Below, piece by piece: positions 8,534-19,370 of a DNA stretch of 64,000 nt. The stretch lies in the NCBI GenBank assembly GCA_024762655.1, contig JANTHB010000007.1, positions 97 through 64,096 of the forward strand, given 5' to 3'. Origin of the DNA: Bacteroidales bacterium. GTDB taxonomy: Bacteria; Bacteroidota; Bacteroidia; Bacteroidales; VadinHA17. Each line of letters opens with the position of its first letter. Position 1 is the stretch's first letter. The position numbers were made by a program, and so were the translations under genes. The notes below the pieces were generated by a model. The model was given only the letters and a program-made list of their open reading frames with translations, made no database searches and was not told the origin of the DNA.

Positions 8534-10657
8534 ATGGCAACATTACAGAAGATCAGAGACAGGTTTGGGATTATCGTCGCAGCCCTTATCGGGCTGTCCT
8601 TGTTATCTTTCATTATTTTTACGGGTACAGGAAGCAATTCGATCTTTTCCAACAAAAACAAACAATTTGAGGTCGCACGTGTGGCCGGAAAATCCATTTC
8701 AATCATGGATTATAACAGCCGGGTCTCCAGCCTGACGGAAATCTACAAGATCTCCGGGAACAACAACATGGATGAGGCAACCTCCAAGAAGGTGCGGGAA
8801 CAGGTTTGGGAAGATATGATCCGCGAAAACATTCTGACCCCCGAATACAAAAAACTGGGACTGGATGTCAGTCCTGACGAACTGTTTGATCTGGTGCAGG
8901 GTGACAATCCTCATCCTTTTGTAAGGCAAATATTTACCGACCAGACCACCGGCGTCTTCAACCGTTCCGCTCTGATCCGTTTTCTTAAAAACATGGAAAA
9001 CGATGAAACCGGACAACAGAAGAAATACTGGTTATTCCTGGAAAAACAGATATACAATGAAAGGCGCATCACCAAGTATCTGGATCTGATCAAACAGGGT
9101 CTTTTTGCCACAGACTTTGAAGCCGGCGAGACGTACCGGGAAGATAATAAGAAAGCCAGTTTCAGATATGTGTCACAGCTTTTCGACGTGATTCCTGACA
9201 CAGCAGTAACCGTGGGTATGAACGATCTGAAAGCATACTACAAAAAGCATAAGAAAAACTATAAACAGACAGCTGAAAGGAAAATCGAATATGTAACGTT
9301 TGATGTCGTTCCTTCTCCCAAAGATATCAAGCTCGCAGAAGACTGGATCAATAAGATCAAACCCGAATTTGAAGCAGCAGAAAATGTTGCCGAGTTTGTA
9401 AGCCTGAACTCCGATGTCCCTTATCAGGACCGGCATTATGCTTATGGAGAACTCACCCCGGATACCCTGAACGACATCATGTTCCATACCAAGCCCGGCT
9501 TTGTTTACGGACCTTACAAAGAAGAAGGAGCTTTCAAGCTGGCCAAGCTGGCTGCCATAGATTACCTGCCCGATTCGGTCCATGCCCGGCATATCCTTCT
9601 TGCCTTTGATCCCAATAAGACAAAAGAAGCCATCAAACAAAAGGCCGACAGTATCAAGAACCTTCTTGAAAAAGGAACGGATTTTGGCCTGCTGGCCAGG
9701 ACCCTGTCCGATGACAAAGGCTCTGCACAACTGGGAGGGGACCTGGGATGGTTTAAGGAAGGGATGATGGTGAAGCCTTTCAGTGATGCCTGTTTCTTCG
9801 GTAAAAAACATGATCTGCTCGTTGTGGAAACACGTTTCGGATACCATGTTATAGAAATCCTGGATCAAAGTAAAAAAGTCAAGAAAGTGGAAGTAGGAAT
9901 CATTGTCAGGAGCATTGAGCCCAGTTCAGACACATATAACCAGATTTATTCACAGGCCAGTCGCTTTGCAGGGATCAATAATACGTATGAGAAATTCATT
10001 GAGGATATCAAAAAGAATAATCTGGAGAAACACGTTGCCGTAGTGGGCAAGAATGATGAAAACATTCCCGGCCTTGAATCCGCCAGACCTTTTATCCGGG
10101 CTGCTTTTAAGACGGATAAAGACAAGATTATCCTGAGTACCAACAACCAGGCGGTTTTTGAGCTGGGGGACAAGTTTGTTATAGGATATGTGACCCATGT
10201 TAAAAAAGAAGGGATCGCTCCGCTAAAAGACGTAGAAGAGGACATCCGTCTGCAGGTTACCAAGGAAAAGAAAGGAGATGCTCTGGTTGCCGCTTTCAAC
10301 GAAAAGATGAAAGATGTCGAAAACCTGGATGATCTGGCTTCAAAAATCAGTGTCCGCATACGGGAAGCTTCCGACATCACTTTTAATTCGTTCACCATTC
10401 CCGGGGCAGGAATTGAGCCGGCCCTTAATGCGGCAGCTTATGTATGGCCTCCCAACCGCCTGACGAATCCCGTGAAAGGTCTTAATGGCGTATATGTACT
10501 GGATATCACTTCCGTGAGCGAGCCTGATTCCGTCTCCGATTACAGCCAGGTTAAAGCCCGGCTGCTGGCTACCTTCCAGACCAGAACCAACTACGAAGCC
10601 TACAACGCATTGAAGGAACATGCGGACATAAAAGACGAAAGATCAAAATTCTTCTAA
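8534..10657 (+). CDS. PpiD/SurA-like membrane-anchored parvulin peptidyl-prolyl isomerase
   Basis: MATLQKIR plus N-terminal TM, SurA_N-like region, parvulin motifs ARHILL, SDDKGSA..GGDLGWF, ETRFGYHVI. Confidence 0.88.
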   Translation: MATLQKIRDRFGIIVAALIGLSLLSFIIFTGTGSNSIFSNKNKQFEVARVAGKSISIMDYNSRVSSLTEIYKISGNNNMDEATSKKVREQVWEDMIRENILTPEYKKLGLDVSPDELFDLVQGDNPHPFVRQIFTDQTTGVFNRSALIRFLKNMENDETGQQKKYWLFLEKQIYNERRITKYLDLIKQGLFATDFEAGETYREDNKKASFRYVSQLFDVIPDTAVTVGMNDLKAYYKKHKKNYKQTAERKIEYVTFDVVPSPKDIKLAEDWINKIKPEFEAAENVAEFVSLNSDVPYQDRHYAYGELTPDTLNDIMFHTKPGFVYGPYKEEGAFKLAKLAAIDYLPDSVHARHILLAFDPNKTKEAIKQKADSIKNLLEKGTDFGLLARTLSDDKGSAQLGGDLGWFKEGMMVKPFSDACFFGKKHDLLVVETRFGYHVIEILDQSKKVKKVEVGIIVRSIEPSSDTYNQIYSQASRFAGINNTYEKFIEDIKKNNLEKHVAVVGKNDENIPGLESARPFIRAAFKTDKDKIILSTNNQAVFELGDKFVIGYVTHVKKEGIAPLKDVEEDIRLQVTKEKKGDALVAAFNEKMKDVENLDDLASKISVRIREASDITFNSFTIPGAGIEPALNAAAYVWPPNRLTNPVKGLNGVYVLDITSVSEPDSVSDYSQVKARLLATFQTRTNYEAYNALKEHADIKDERSKFF

Positions 10658-10660
10658 TAG

Positions 10661-10689
10661 AAAAAAGGCCGGTTCTCCCGGCCTTTTTT
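10661..10689. terminator. Bidirectional intrinsic terminator (ppiD / ftsZ)
   Basis: AAAAAAGGCCGG-TTCTC-CCGGCCTTTTTT between convergent genes. Confidence 0.85.
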
Positions 10690-10708
10690 ACGCTACCTTA
10701 TCATTTTT

Positions 10709-12181
10709 TTAATCTACATTATCATTCAGATAAGGATTCTCATCACTTAGTTTGGTTTCGTTATCCTCCTCGTCCACGATCAGGGAATATTTGGATATTT
10801 TCCTTTTGGCGGAAGGAGCAAACATTTCGTCTATTTTAACTTTTTTCCGTTTATAGGCCGGTTCATCCTCCAGGCGCTGGATCTCTTCATCTTTGGGGAT
10901 CACATTCATATCGTTTCCGTGCAATATGGTTTGCCGGGTTTTGATCTCTTCCATTCTTTTGGCATCCTTATCGTCCGACTCGTCCTTTGAGGTTTTTTTC
11001 TTATGGGGGATGATCGAGGTATGATGCTCATGGGAAACATCCGAGACGTTAAACTCCAGGGTCTGCTGGGCTTCATCATACTCATCCAGTTTATAGGTCT
11101 TTCCCTTCCGGGACTTGCCGGTAACTTCCAGTTCCGGATTATCAAAAAAAGACCCTTCCAGCGGGATGCTTTTCTTTTTCTTATGATAGGTATATAACTC
11201 GGGAATGCTATTGGCCGGGAATCCGGTGGCGATGATGGTCACATTCACCTCATCTTCCATCGCTTCGTCCGTACATGTTCCCCAAATAATCAAGGCATCA
11301 TCTGCTGCGGTGGCGTTGACATAATCTGTGATCTCACCCACCTCATCCATACTGATCTCGTTTTTCCCGGAGGTGATATTCAACAGTATGCTTTTGGCGC
11401 CGGTGATATCATTCGAGTTCAGCAGCGGGGAGTTCAAAGCTTCTTCGATGGCTTTGCGGGCTCTGTCTTCGCCGGAGGAAGACCCCGATCCGAGGATGGC
11501 TACGCCGCTGTCTCTCACCACGGTCTCTACATCGGCAAAGTCGACATTGATATACCCATGTACCGTGATAATCTCGGCAATCCCTTTGGCTGCCAGCGAC
11601 AAAATATTATCAGCCCTCGAGAAAGCAGCCGAAAGTTTCAGGTCCCCGTACACTTCTCTGAGTTTCTCATTATTGATCACCAGCAGGGAGTCCACGTAGT
11701 GGCGCAACTCATCAATGCCTTCGATCGCCTGGTTGATTCTTTTCTGGCCTTCAAACCGGAAGGGAATGGTTACGATGGCCACCGTCAGGATCCCTTTCTC
11801 CTTGCAGGCCCTGGCGATCACCGGGGCAGCGCCTGTTCCCGTACCCCCGCCCATACCGGCGGTAACAAAGACCATTTTTGTATTATCCCCGAGGGTATTC
11901 ATGATGTCGTTCAGGTTTTCTTCGGCCGCCTGTTTTCCGATTTCCGGTTTGCTGCCGGCACCCCGTCCTTCGGTGATCGACTCCCCGATCTGAATCTTTA
12001 CCGGTACAGGGCTGCTGTTCAGGGCCTGAGCATCCGTATTGCAGATGACAAAGTTTACATCCCGGATACCCTGACGATACATATAGTTCACTGCATTGCT
12101 GCCACCCCCGCCAACGCCCAGCACCTTGATGATGGACGAACGCTCGGGGGGAAGATTGAATTCCATTAATCCTTCATTCAT
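10709..12181 (-). CDS. ftsZ: Cell division protein FtsZ
   Basis: GVGGGGSNA, GGGTGTG, INVDFADV; Bacteroidota tail EPAYKRK...YLNDNVD. Confidence 0.97.
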   Translation of the reverse strand: MNEGLMEFNLPPERSSIIKVLGVGGGGSNAVNYMYRQGIRDVNFVICNTDAQALNSSPVPVKIQIGESITEGRGAGSKPEIGKQAAEENLNDIMNTLGDNTKMVFVTAGMGGGTGTGAAPVIARACKEKGILTVAIVTIPFRFEGQKRINQAIEGIDELRHYVDSLLVINNEKLREVYGDLKLSAAFSRADNILSLAAKGIAEIITVHGYINVDFADVETVVRDSGVAILGSGSSSGEDRARKAIEEALNSPLLNSNDITGAKSILLNITSGKNEISMDEVGEITDYVNATAADDALIIWGTCTDEAMEDEVNVTIIATGFPANSIPELYTYHKKKKSIPLEGSFFDNPELEVTGKSRKGKTYKLDEYDEAQQTLEFNVSDVSHEHHTSIIPHKKKTSKDESDDKDAKRMEEIKTRQTILHGNDMNVIPKDEEIQRLEDEPAYKRKKVKIDEMFAPSAKRKISKYSLIVDEEDNETKLSDENPYLNDNVD

Positions 12182-12209
12182 CTTGTTATGTTTTTAATGG
12201 TTAACTTCC

Positions 12210-13535
12210 TTACATTTCAGTGCCTTTTTCCGAAAACATCTCCTCCAATGCCGTTTTTACCCTCTCGAAGATTTTGTTTTTACCCCTGTTATCCTCTTCT
12301 TCCGGCATTTCGTCAGATGATTCCTGCACCTCTTTGACGGTTTCTTCTTTCCCTTGTTTTATCGTCGTATTATTGTCGTATTCCATGCCTTTCAACACCA
12401 GTCCCACAGCTGTGGCATACATAGGCTGATTTATCTCGTCTTCCATTTCTCCTCCGAGATGCTCGCTGGGATAACCGATACGTACGTCATATCCCGTTTT
12501 ATATTTGATCAGTTGTGGCAGATGTCTCAACCTGGCCCCTCCTCCGGTAATGACAATACCTGCAGCCAGTTTGTCGGCTACACCCGAATTATCGATCTCA
12601 TACATCACGGCCTCAATGATCTCTTCCATCCTCGACTGGATAATATAAGCCAGGCTTTTAAAGGAAATCTCTTTGGGTTCCCGCCCGCTGATACCAGGGA
12701 TGGTCACCACTTTGTCTTCCGGCGCAAAATCGCCCAGCGCCGAGCCGTAACGGGTCTTCAATAACTCTGCATGACGGTTCAGGATCGCACATCCTTCCTT
12801 GATGTCCTTGGTGATGACGTTGCCTCCGAAAGGGATCACGGCAGTATGACGGATCACATTGTCATAATACACGGCAATATCCGTGGTTCCGCCACCGATA
12901 TCCACCAGTGCCACACCGGCCTCTTTTTCATCATCCGTAAGCACCGCGGCAGAGGAGGCAAGAGGCTCCAGAATAAGATCCTTGATCCTCAGGTTGATCC
13001 TGTTTACACATTTCTCAATATTCTTAGCCGAGGCCACTTTCCCGATCACTATGTGGAAATTGGCCTCCAGTCTTCTCCCTGACATGCCCACCGGGTTTTT
13101 AACACCTGTCTCATTGTCAACAATAAAGTTCTGCGGCAGCACATGGATGATCTCCTCTCCCACATCTATGGGGATCTTACTCATATCGTCGATGAGACGC
13201 ATAATATCTCTTTTTTTAATCTCTTCGTCGTCACTGTCCCGGTTGATGTAACCCCGGTTCCGTATACTGCGTATATGCTGTCCCGCAATCCCAACATATA
13301 CCTCTTCAAAAATAACGGACGATTTCAGTTGAACCTCCTCTACGGTTTTCTGTAAGGCATTGACGGTCTCTTCAATATTCAGGACCACCCCCCTTTTTAC
13401 CCCCGTAGAAGGGGCTTTGCTTAAGGCAAGAATCTCAATCTGGCCGGTATCGTTTTTGCGTCCAACCAGACATACAATTTTGGTAGTGCCAATATCGATG
13501 GCAGCCACAACCGGTTGTCTTTTTTCCATAGTCAT
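12210..13535 (-). CDS. ftsA: Cell division protein FtsA (start 13535 or 13529)
   Basis: DIGTTKI, DIGGGTTD, ITGGGA; dcw context. Confidence 0.96.
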   Translation of the reverse strand: MTMEKRQPVVAAIDIGTTKIVCLVGRKNDTGQIEILALSKAPSTGVKRGVVLNIEETVNALQKTVEEVQLKSSVIFEEVYVGIAGQHIRSIRNRGYINRDSDDEEIKKRDIMRLIDDMSKIPIDVGEEIIHVLPQNFIVDNETGVKNPVGMSGRRLEANFHIVIGKVASAKNIEKCVNRINLRIKDLILEPLASSAAVLTDDEKEAGVALVDIGGGTTDIAVYYDNVIRHTAVIPFGGNVITKDIKEGCAILNRHAELLKTRYGSALGDFAPEDKVVTIPGISGREPKEISFKSLAYIIQSRMEEIIEAVMYEIDNSGVADKLAAGIVITGGGARLRHLPQLIKYKTGYDVRIGYPSEHLGGEMEDEINQPMYATAVGLVLKGMEYDNNTTIKQGKEETVKEVQESSDEMPEEEDNRGKNKIFERVKTALEEMFSEKGTEM

Positions 13536-13564
13536 ACGGTTTTTTATATTACTTTTTGGTTTTA

Positions 13565-14362
13565 TTAATTTCTTTTCGTGCATACTATCTGATTTTTGAA
13601 GTTGAGATTAATAGTGGAATATCGATTCCATCCCTTGTTATTCAACACATGCGTGTAAAACAAATAGAGTTTTCTGAATTTCTCCTTATAGTTTTCCATG
13701 TCTCCCAAGATAATGGCATGAGAGCCAACCCGCGGTGTCAGGGTATATTCTCCGCTGTTATCTGCATATATTTCTTCTATCTGGGCTCTCCAGAACGTTA
13801 CGGAATCGATATACCATGCCAGACGGTAGATATCCTGTATATGTGTCTGTCCGGGCATATCGTAAATTGTTTTGAAGGAAGATAATCGGGAAGGCACCGG
13901 AATATGGCCTGAAGCCACCAGGACATGTACCGGATAGCGGGAAGACCAGGGAAGGATATATCCCTCATCGTCTATAAAGAAACCGGGTTGTCCAGGCAGG
14001 TATATCCGAACGAGCGGATTTCTCTGAAAAATATCAATATGTAGTGTCCCGTCAACATCCTTGTAGGCTTCCGCTTTCTTAATATATGGATGTTTCAGGA
14101 GAATATTTTCAATCTTTGCCGTATTGATCTGATCGAGGGGCATTCCCAATAATCTTCCTTGTTTTTCCCGCAGGATGTCTTTTACTTCCTGATCACTTAT
14201 AAACCGCACTGTGGAAGAATCCTGAATAGCCGGAACGATGGCCCGGCACAATACTTGTTTTTTCTTTTCTGCGACGGCTGCCGAAAGCAATACAAGCACT
14301 GTCAGCAGCAACAGATATCCCAGCATGCGTAGTATTCCGGATATATATTTTTTTGCTCTCAT
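13565..14362 (-). CDS. ftsQ: Cell division protein FtsQ/DivIB
   Basis: N-terminal TM plus POTRA-like region, INLNFKNQIVCTK tail; lies between murC and ftsA. Confidence 0.85.
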   Translation of the reverse strand: MRAKKYISGILRMLGYLLLLTVLVLLSAAVAEKKKQVLCRAIVPAIQDSSTVRFISDQEVKDILREKQGRLLGMPLDQINTAKIENILLKHPYIKKAEAYKDVDGTLHIDIFQRNPLVRIYLPGQPGFFIDDEGYILPWSSRYPVHVLVASGHIPVPSRLSSFKTIYDMPGQTHIQDIYRLAWYIDSVTFWRAQIEEIYADNSGEYTLTPRVGSHAIILGDMENYKEKFRKLYLFYTHVLNNKGWNRYSTINLNFKNQIVCTKRN

Positions 14363-14363
14363 G

Positions 14364-15752
14364 CTATTTGTTTCCAACGTATATCTTTTCAATAGGGCCA
14401 ACCAACCGGTCAATATCCCCGGCGCCCATGGTCAGTAATACCTCGGGCTTGTGTTCCCCGACCCAGTTTAGCACCTCTTCTTTTGTTAACAGAATCTTTT
14501 CTTTCAGTTTCATCCTGTCCAGAATGATTTTCGAGGTAATTCCCGGAAGAGGCTTCTCGCGTGCCGGATAAATGTTCAGCAGCACAGCGGTATCCAGGAG
14601 GTCCAGACTCTCTGCAAATGCTTTTGCAAAATCACGGGTACGGGTGTAAAGATGCGGCTGAAAGATCCCGGTGATTTTACGGTCCGGGAACATTTCCCTT
14701 GCCGACTCAATAGCCGCTTTCAGCTCTACAGGATGGTGAGCATAATCGTCAATATAAATCTGTTCGGGGGTATTCACCCGCATATCAAACCGCCGTCTGA
14801 CCCCCTTAAAAAGGAACAATGATTTTTTGATACTTTCTTCCGATATTCCGAGCAGATGAGTTACGGCAATTGCAGCAAGGGCATTTTCCACATTTACCCT
14901 GCCGGGTAGGCCCAGATGGACATCCCTGATATCTCCCTCGGGAGTCCGGGCATTAAAGATATGATATCCGTCCCGGTAGGAAAGCCCTGTAGCGCCATAG
15001 TCGGCTTTATCATCCGGGCCATAGGTAAACCAGTCAACCCGGGTATTCACACTTCGGTCAACAGGCAATCCGTAACGCATCAATATCCGTCCGCCGGGTC
15101 TGACCTGGCTGAGAAACCTGTGAAAAGATTCCAACAGTTTTTCATGGGTTTGATAAATATCCAGATGATCCGCATCCAATGAGGTGATTACGGCCACCTC
15201 GGGGTGCAAAAAGAGAAAAGAACGGTCAAACTCGTCTGCTTCCAGCACCACCCAGTCGCTTTCCCCGAGCAGCAGGTTGGTGTCATAGTTTTTGCTGATT
15301 CCCCCCAGAAATGCCGAACAATCCAATATGGACTGTTTCATAACATGGGAGATCATTGTGGAAGTAGTTGTTTTGCCGTGTGTACCGGCTACAGCCACAG
15401 GCCTCATCCGGTCGGCGATCATACCCAACACCTGTGCCCGTTTAAGAATGGCATAGCCCTGCTCTCTGAAGTATTTCAGGTCGGGATGATCTTCGGGTAT
15501 GGCCGGCGTATATATCACCAGCGTATCCTCTTTACGGCCTGCATCGCGGTATGGTGAGGGGATGGCTTCGACGTGCTCATCAAAGATGACCTGCATTTCT
15601 TCTTTTTCCAGCGCATCAGTAATTGCAGAAGGGGTACGGTCATACCCGGCCACCTGATATCCGCCGGCCTGAAAATACCGGGCCAGCGCACTCATGCCGA
15701 TCCCCCCGATCCCGAGGAAAAAGATCCTGCTATATTGTGTAATGTCACTCAT
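14364..15752 (-). CDS. murC: UDP-N-acetylmuramate--L-alanine ligase
   Basis: GIGGIGMSALA, GTHGKTTT, EADEFDRSF, DDYAHHP. Confidence 0.96.
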   Translation of the reverse strand: MSDITQYSRIFFLGIGGIGMSALARYFQAGGYQVAGYDRTPSAITDALEKEEMQVIFDEHVEAIPSPYRDAGRKEDTLVIYTPAIPEDHPDLKYFREQGYAILKRAQVLGMIADRMRPVAVAGTHGKTTTSTMISHVMKQSILDCSAFLGGISKNYDTNLLLGESDWVVLEADEFDRSFLFLHPEVAVITSLDADHLDIYQTHEKLLESFHRFLSQVRPGGRILMRYGLPVDRSVNTRVDWFTYGPDDKADYGATGLSYRDGYHIFNARTPEGDIRDVHLGLPGRVNVENALAAIAVTHLLGISEESIKKSLFLFKGVRRRFDMRVNTPEQIYIDDYAHHPVELKAAIESAREMFPDRKITGIFQPHLYTRTRDFAKAFAESLDLLDTAVLLNIYPAREKPLPGITSKIILDRMKLKEKILLTKEEVLNWVGEHKPEVLLTMGAGDIDRLVGPIEKIYVGNK

Positions 15753-16860
15753 GGTTATCGTCTGTCAGATCCATAATTTTTTTTACAATATCTCTGCTGG
15801 CATAAGGCCGTGCCATTTTCTTCAGATTCTCCGAGAGCTCCTTCATTCTTACAGGGTCTCCGAGCAATCCCAGGGCATATCCCATCAGGTATCCTTCCGC
15901 CTCATTATCGGGGACCATCACGGCGGCATTATTTTTCACCAAAGCCATGGCATTTTTTGTCTGATGATCTTCCGCCACATTAGGTGACGGAACCAGAATA
16001 ACAGGTTTCCCTACCACTGCCAGTTCGGATATTGTTCCGGCTCCGGCTCTGGAAATAATCACTGTTGAAGCGGCATAAGCCATATCCATACGTTGAATAA
16101 AATCCCGTATCAGCACATTAGGCATATTTTTCCCTTTTACCTTATCCAGTATTTCTTCATAATAATACCTGCCGGTCTGCCATATCAGGAAAACGGAGGG
16201 TTCCGGTAACGTATCCAGGGCCTGCAGCACCGCTTTGTTTATGGTACCCGCTCCCAGACTGCCTCCCAGAACCAGAATCACCCTGGTATTCTCCGGTATT
16301 TTAAAAAAGGCCAACGCTTCCTCTCTGGTCACTTTGCTGTTCACAATTTCCTTGCGTACGGGGTTTCCTGTCAGCACGATCTTCTCGCCGGGAAAATATT
16401 TCTCCATTCCCTCATAAGCGACACAGATAACCGAAGCTTTTGCTGCCAGCAAACGGTTGGTAACTCCTGCATAGGAATTCTGTTCCTGTATCAACACCGG
16501 GACGCCCTTTTTCCCGGCCGCTCTTACCACAGGGCCGCTGGCATACCCTCCGACACCTACCACCACGTCAGGGTCAAACTGCCGGACGATCTTCCGGGCT
16601 TTACGCATGCTTTTCCACAAATGCAACAACACCACAAAATTCCTCCACAACCTTTTCCGGTCGAATCCTCTTACCGGCAGTGCCTCTATGGGAAAGCCGG
16701 CAGCTGGGACCTTCTCCATCTCTATTCGTCCGGCAGCTCCGACAAAGAGAATATCCGTACCGGGAACTGTTTTTTTCAGCTCCTGGGCGATGGAGATGGC
16801 CGGAAACACATGTCCTCCGGTACCTCCCCCGCTAATAATCATTCTCAACGGCCTCTTCAT
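15745..16860 (-). CDS. murG: Lipid II GlcNAc transferase MurG
   Basis: GGGTGGHVFP, QEQNS, GGSLGA, SRAGA, DHQTKNA. Confidence 0.96.
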   Translation of the reverse strand: MKRPLRMIISGGGTGGHVFPAISIAQELKKTVPGTDILFVGAAGRIEMEKVPAAGFPIEALPVRGFDRKRLWRNFVVLLHLWKSMRKARKIVRQFDPDVVVGVGGYASGPVVRAAGKKGVPVLIQEQNSYAGVTNRLLAAKASVICVAYEGMEKYFPGEKIVLTGNPVRKEIVNSKVTREEALAFFKIPENTRVILVLGGSLGAGTINKAVLQALDTLPEPSVFLIWQTGRYYYEEILDKVKGKNMPNVLIRDFIQRMDMAYAASTVIISRAGAGTISELAVVGKPVILVPSPNVAEDHQTKNAMALVKNNAAVMVPDNEAEGYLMGYALGLLGDPVRMKELSENLKKMARPYASRDIVKKIMDLTDDNHE

Positions 16861-18004
16861 CGGTCTCTTCTGTTTGTTGGTTATCAAGGTTTCTACTGAT
16901 ATTCAGGATAATGCCCAGCTCGATACTGGTAAAAAGCATGGAAGAGCCTCCCATACTTACCAATGGCAGTGTCTGACCTGTTACCGGAAAGAGGGTTACA
17001 GACACGCCCATATTTACAAAAGCCTGCATTACGATAAGGAGTGTCAGTCCGATGGCCAGAAAAGCGGGAAAGGTACGTGAACTTTTCTTGACGATCAGTC
17101 CGGCCCGGTAAAGCAGGATCAGATATGCCAGAAGAATGGGAATGGCCCCGAAAATCAATCCGTACTCTTCCACAATGATGGCAAAAATAAAATCGGAATA
17201 AGGATGGGGCAGAAAATTCCGTTGAGTGCTTTTCCCTGGTTTTTTCCCGAAGATTCCTCCGGTAGCCACAGCTATTTTGGCTTGTTCCACCTGGTAATCT
17301 TCCGTATCATCGCCCTGGATAAAATGCTCAATTCTGTTTTTCCATGTATAAATACGGCCTTCATGTCTGGCCAGCATGGCAATACCCAGGAACATCCCCC
17401 CAAATAATACGGCAATTCCTATCATACTTAACAGGATCGGGATGCGTACACGGCCGATAAACATTAATATCAGGCTTACAACGAAGAGGATCAAGGCCGT
17501 AGACAGGTTTGCAGGTAAAATAAGGGCGGAAATAACAAATACGGGCAATGCCATCGACCGCATCACTTCCTTCATCTCCATAACCTGTTGTTGTCTTATA
17601 GAAAGTACACGGGCCAGGTACATAACCAGCGACATCTTGGCAAAATCTGAAGGCTGAAATGTGAATCCCATTCCGGGAAGGGTAAGCCAGCGAGAGGCTT
17701 CGTTCATACGGGTTCCCGAAATGAGCGTAAACACAAGCAGAAAACCCGAAAGCCATAAAAATAAACGGGATAATTGAAAATAAAAACGGTAGGGGATCAT
17801 ATGCACGACAAAGATGATCGTCAGACCCACCCCCAGGATCACACCATGACGAAAGAGGTAATAGAAGGTATTCCCTCCCATCTTCCGGTAGGCCAGGGTG
17901 CCGGTAGAGCTGTATACTGCCAATAGAGAAAAGATTGACAGAAGGAATATCATTCCCCAGATCACCTTATCGCCCTGAAAGTATTTTTTTATCGCTTCTC
18001 CCAT
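16832..18004 (-). CDS. ftsW: SEDS peptidoglycan polymerase FtsW
   Basis: FQPSDFAK, LPHPYSDFIF, GQTLPLVSMGGSS; dcw position. Confidence 0.92.
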   Translation of the reverse strand: MGEAIKKYFQGDKVIWGMIFLLSIFSLLAVYSSTGTLAYRKMGGNTFYYLFRHGVILGVGLTIIFVVHMIPYRFYFQLSRLFLWLSGFLLVFTLISGTRMNEASRWLTLPGMGFTFQPSDFAKMSLVMYLARVLSIRQQQVMEMKEVMRSMALPVFVISALILPANLSTALILFVVSLILMFIGRVRIPILLSMIGIAVLFGGMFLGIAMLARHEGRIYTWKNRIEHFIQGDDTEDYQVEQAKIAVATGGIFGKKPGKSTQRNFLPHPYSDFIFAIIVEEYGLIFGAIPILLAYLILLYRAGLIVKKSSRTFPAFLAIGLTLLIVMQAFVNMGVSVTLFPVTGQTLPLVSMGGSSMLFTSIELGIILNISRNLDNQQTEETDEEAVENDY

Positions 18005-18026
18005 GAAAGATTCCCCTGTTAAATAT

Positions 18027-19364
18027 TTATAAGTTACGGACGGCCCGTTTGAACTGACGACCCCGGTCTTCATAATTATCGAAAAGGTCAAAACTGGCAC
18101 ATGCCGGTGATAGCAACACTGTGTCCCCGTCGGCAGCGAGGAAGTAAGCATTACGCACCGCTTCTTCCATCGACCGGGTCTCAACAATGGTAGGTACCAC
18201 CTCCCGGAAAGCGCGAACCAATTTTTGATTATCCTTGCCCATACAGATAAGTGCCTTCACTTTTTCCCGGACCAAAGCGGTCAGCATATCATAATCATTC
18301 CCTTTATCTATGCCCCCGGCGATCCACACCACTTTGGTGTTCATACTCTCCAAGGCATACCATACAGAATTGACGTTGGTGGCCTTGGAGTCATTTATAA
18401 ACTGTATTCCGTGTACCTTCAGTACGGGTTCCAGGCGATGTTCCACTCCTTTAAAGTCGGAGAGACTCTTCCGGATCAGTTCCTTCCTGATGTTCAATAC
18501 TTGTCCGGCAATACCGGCAGCCATTGAATTATAAACATTGTGGCTGCCTTGTAATGATAAATCCATAATTGACATTGTTATTTTGTTTTTTTTATAGTTA
18601 ATAATCAGGTTATTGCCTTCTCTCCAGGCCGTCTGCCCCTGTTTTTCCTTTTGGGAAAAAGAGAGATGTTCAGCTGCTATCTCCATACCCGGAACCCGTT
18701 CCTGCAGCACCGGATCATCATAGCAATAGATAAAAGCACCGGCACTACCCATGTTCCTGACTATCCTGAACTTTGACCGGATATAGTTTTCCATATCATA
18801 TCCGTACCGGTCGAGATGGTCGGGGGTAATGTTCAACAGAATGGCGACATCGGTTTGAAAATCATACATTCCATCCAGCTGGAAGCTGCTCAGTTCTATA
18901 ACATAGTAATCCGCTTCTTCTTCAGCCAGCTGCAGTGCCAGGCTTCTCCCAATGTTCCCTGCCATAGCGACCTTTAAGCCGGCCTTTTTCATCATATGCC
19001 AGATAAGATGGGTTGTCGTTGTTTTTCCGTTGCTGCCGGTAATACAAATTTTAGTGCCCCGGATAAATCTTCCTGCAAATTCGATCTCCGATATTACGTG
19101 GATACCCCGTTCTCTGACCTGCGTTATCACGGAAGCATCATCCGGTATTCCCGGACTTTTAATTACCTCATCAGCCTGTAGGATTATCTTCAAATCGTGT
19201 GAACCTTCTTCGTAGGGAATATCATAGTCTTGCAGTCTTTTCCGATATTTACCCTTGATGCTTCCGGCATCCGATACAAAAACTTCAAAGCCCTGTTTCA
19301 CCGCCAGGACCGCAGCTCCCGTCCCGCTTTCACCCGCACCTAATATGACCAATCTCTTTTTCAT
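18027..19364 (-). CDS. murD: UDP-MurNAc-L-Ala--D-glutamate ligase
   Basis: KSPGIP, TGSNGKTTT, ELSSFQL, NDSKATN, SPACASFD. Confidence 0.96.
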   Translation of the reverse strand: MKKRLVILGAGESGTGAAVLAVKQGFEVFVSDAGSIKGKYRKRLQDYDIPYEEGSHDLKIILQADEVIKSPGIPDDASVITQVRERGIHVISEIEFAGRFIRGTKICITGSNGKTTTTHLIWHMMKKAGLKVAMAGNIGRSLALQLAEEEADYYVIELSSFQLDGMYDFQTDVAILLNITPDHLDRYGYDMENYIRSKFRIVRNMGSAGAFIYCYDDPVLQERVPGMEIAAEHLSFSQKEKQGQTAWREGNNLIINYKKNKITMSIMDLSLQGSHNVYNSMAAGIAGQVLNIRKELIRKSLSDFKGVEHRLEPVLKVHGIQFINDSKATNVNSVWYALESMNTKVVWIAGGIDKGNDYDMLTALVREKVKALICMGKDNQKLVRAFREVVPTIVETRSMEEAVRNAYFLAADGDTVLLSPACASFDLFDNYEDRGRQFKRAVRNL

Positions 19365-19370
19365 TTCTTT

